Positions 63,494-64,000 of a DNA stretch of 64,000 nucleotides are shown here, piece by piece. Each line of letters opens with the position of its first letter. The stretch's first letter is position 1. The position numbers were made by a program, and so were the translations under genes. Location of the stretch: the IMG/VR virus record IMGVR_UViG_3300020465_001196; one strand, written 5' to 3'. Origin of the DNA: a virus (lineage: Duplodnaviria > Caudoviricetes). A model generated the notes under the pieces. That model saw only the letters and a program-made list of their open reading frames with translations. It ran no database searches and was not told the DNA's origin.

Positions 63494-64000
63494 CTTTCCT
63501 CATAAAGAATGTTTTAATTACCCAACCAGGAAAATCTATTTCCCACCATTTAACTTTGTTAGTCCAACTTGTAGGTTTTTCATGATGAGTGTTATGCAAC
63601 CCACTACCTAATGTTAATAAATTTACTATTGTGTTGTTTGTACTATGATCTGGAGTATCAAATAGTCTGTACCCCCATCTATGACATATAGTATTAACCA
63701 TACCTGCACTATGAAACGTTATTACAGCAGGTATAGACACTAAAAACACAGCAATACGCCAGTCAAGTAAGAATAAGGCGCTGTATGACGCTAATAATAG
63801 GATTAAATAGTGGTTATGTATGTATTTTATCCATTTGTCTTTAATTAAATCTGCTACATATTTTCGTTCAATTGTAAACGGCTCCCAGAACGTACTCCAT
63901 ATTCTCCACATTGGTTGACCACCATGTGGATCTGCTTCTGTTTCAGGAGCGGCATGATGCTTTCTGTGTATTCCACACCAAGCAATAGGTGAGCCAAAAC
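63465..64000 (-). CDS. Membrane fatty acid (delta-9-type) desaturase, 5' end outside window
   Basis: Frame extends past 63911: GSPIAWCGIHRKHH...DPH; NTICH.WGYR; GLHNTHH. Confidence 0.85.
   Translation of the reverse strand, partial: FGSPIAWCGIHRKHHAAPETEADPHGGQPMWRIWSTFWEPFTIERKYVADLIKDKWIKYIHNHYLILLLASYSALFLLDWRIAVFLVSIPAVITFHSAGMVNTICHRWGYRLFDTPDHSTNNTIVNLLTLGSGLHNTHHEKPTSWTNKVKWWEIDFPGWVIKTFFMRKDDVIRNRKI

Noticed and set aside
1-64000. Stop-codon or CUG reassignment
   Set aside because: Long ORFs are intact in code 11, TAA, TAG and TGA all end genes, no suppressor tRNA is present, and CTG encodes a conserved Leu in ClpP

Overview
AT-rich segment of a large T4-like (myovirus-type) dsDNA phage. 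The host is most likely a marine alphaproteobacterium such as SAR11/Pelagibacterales; this is inferred from the alphaproteobacterial-type L31/L12, GrxD, YqgE and promoter style, and is not proven. Layout: baseplate genes (1-4.4 kb); a dense tailoring-enzyme island (5.4-17.9 kb) of GT10-like, SGNH-like, sulfotransferase, APS kinase, radical SAM and SufE genes; ClpP, SET, L7/L12 and microproteins; and a ~10 kb block of small early genes (23.0-32.8 kb) driven by 12 host-type promoters with a fixed 16-bp spacer. That block is bracketed by two almost gene-free, repeat-rich loci (21.75-22.95 kb and 32.84-34.2 kb). Further on are L31, a tandem hairpin array (37.3-37.7 kb), more radical SAM, QueC-like and 2OG-Fe(II) paralogs, fibre-like virion proteins (44-49.3 kb), a third gene-free locus (50.6-51.1 kb), four tRNAs (one atypical), GrxD and a truncated fatty acid desaturase. 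The most unusual signals are non-coding: a promoter-driven candidate pseudoknotted RNA with a 10x UCAAAG tail, clustered NrdR-box-like sites, mirrored helically phased repeat arrays flanking the early block, the hairpin array, a class-I-body tRNA with a CAG anticodon, and systematic leaderless late mRNAs. All calls come from motif reading by eye; no database search or folding program was run.
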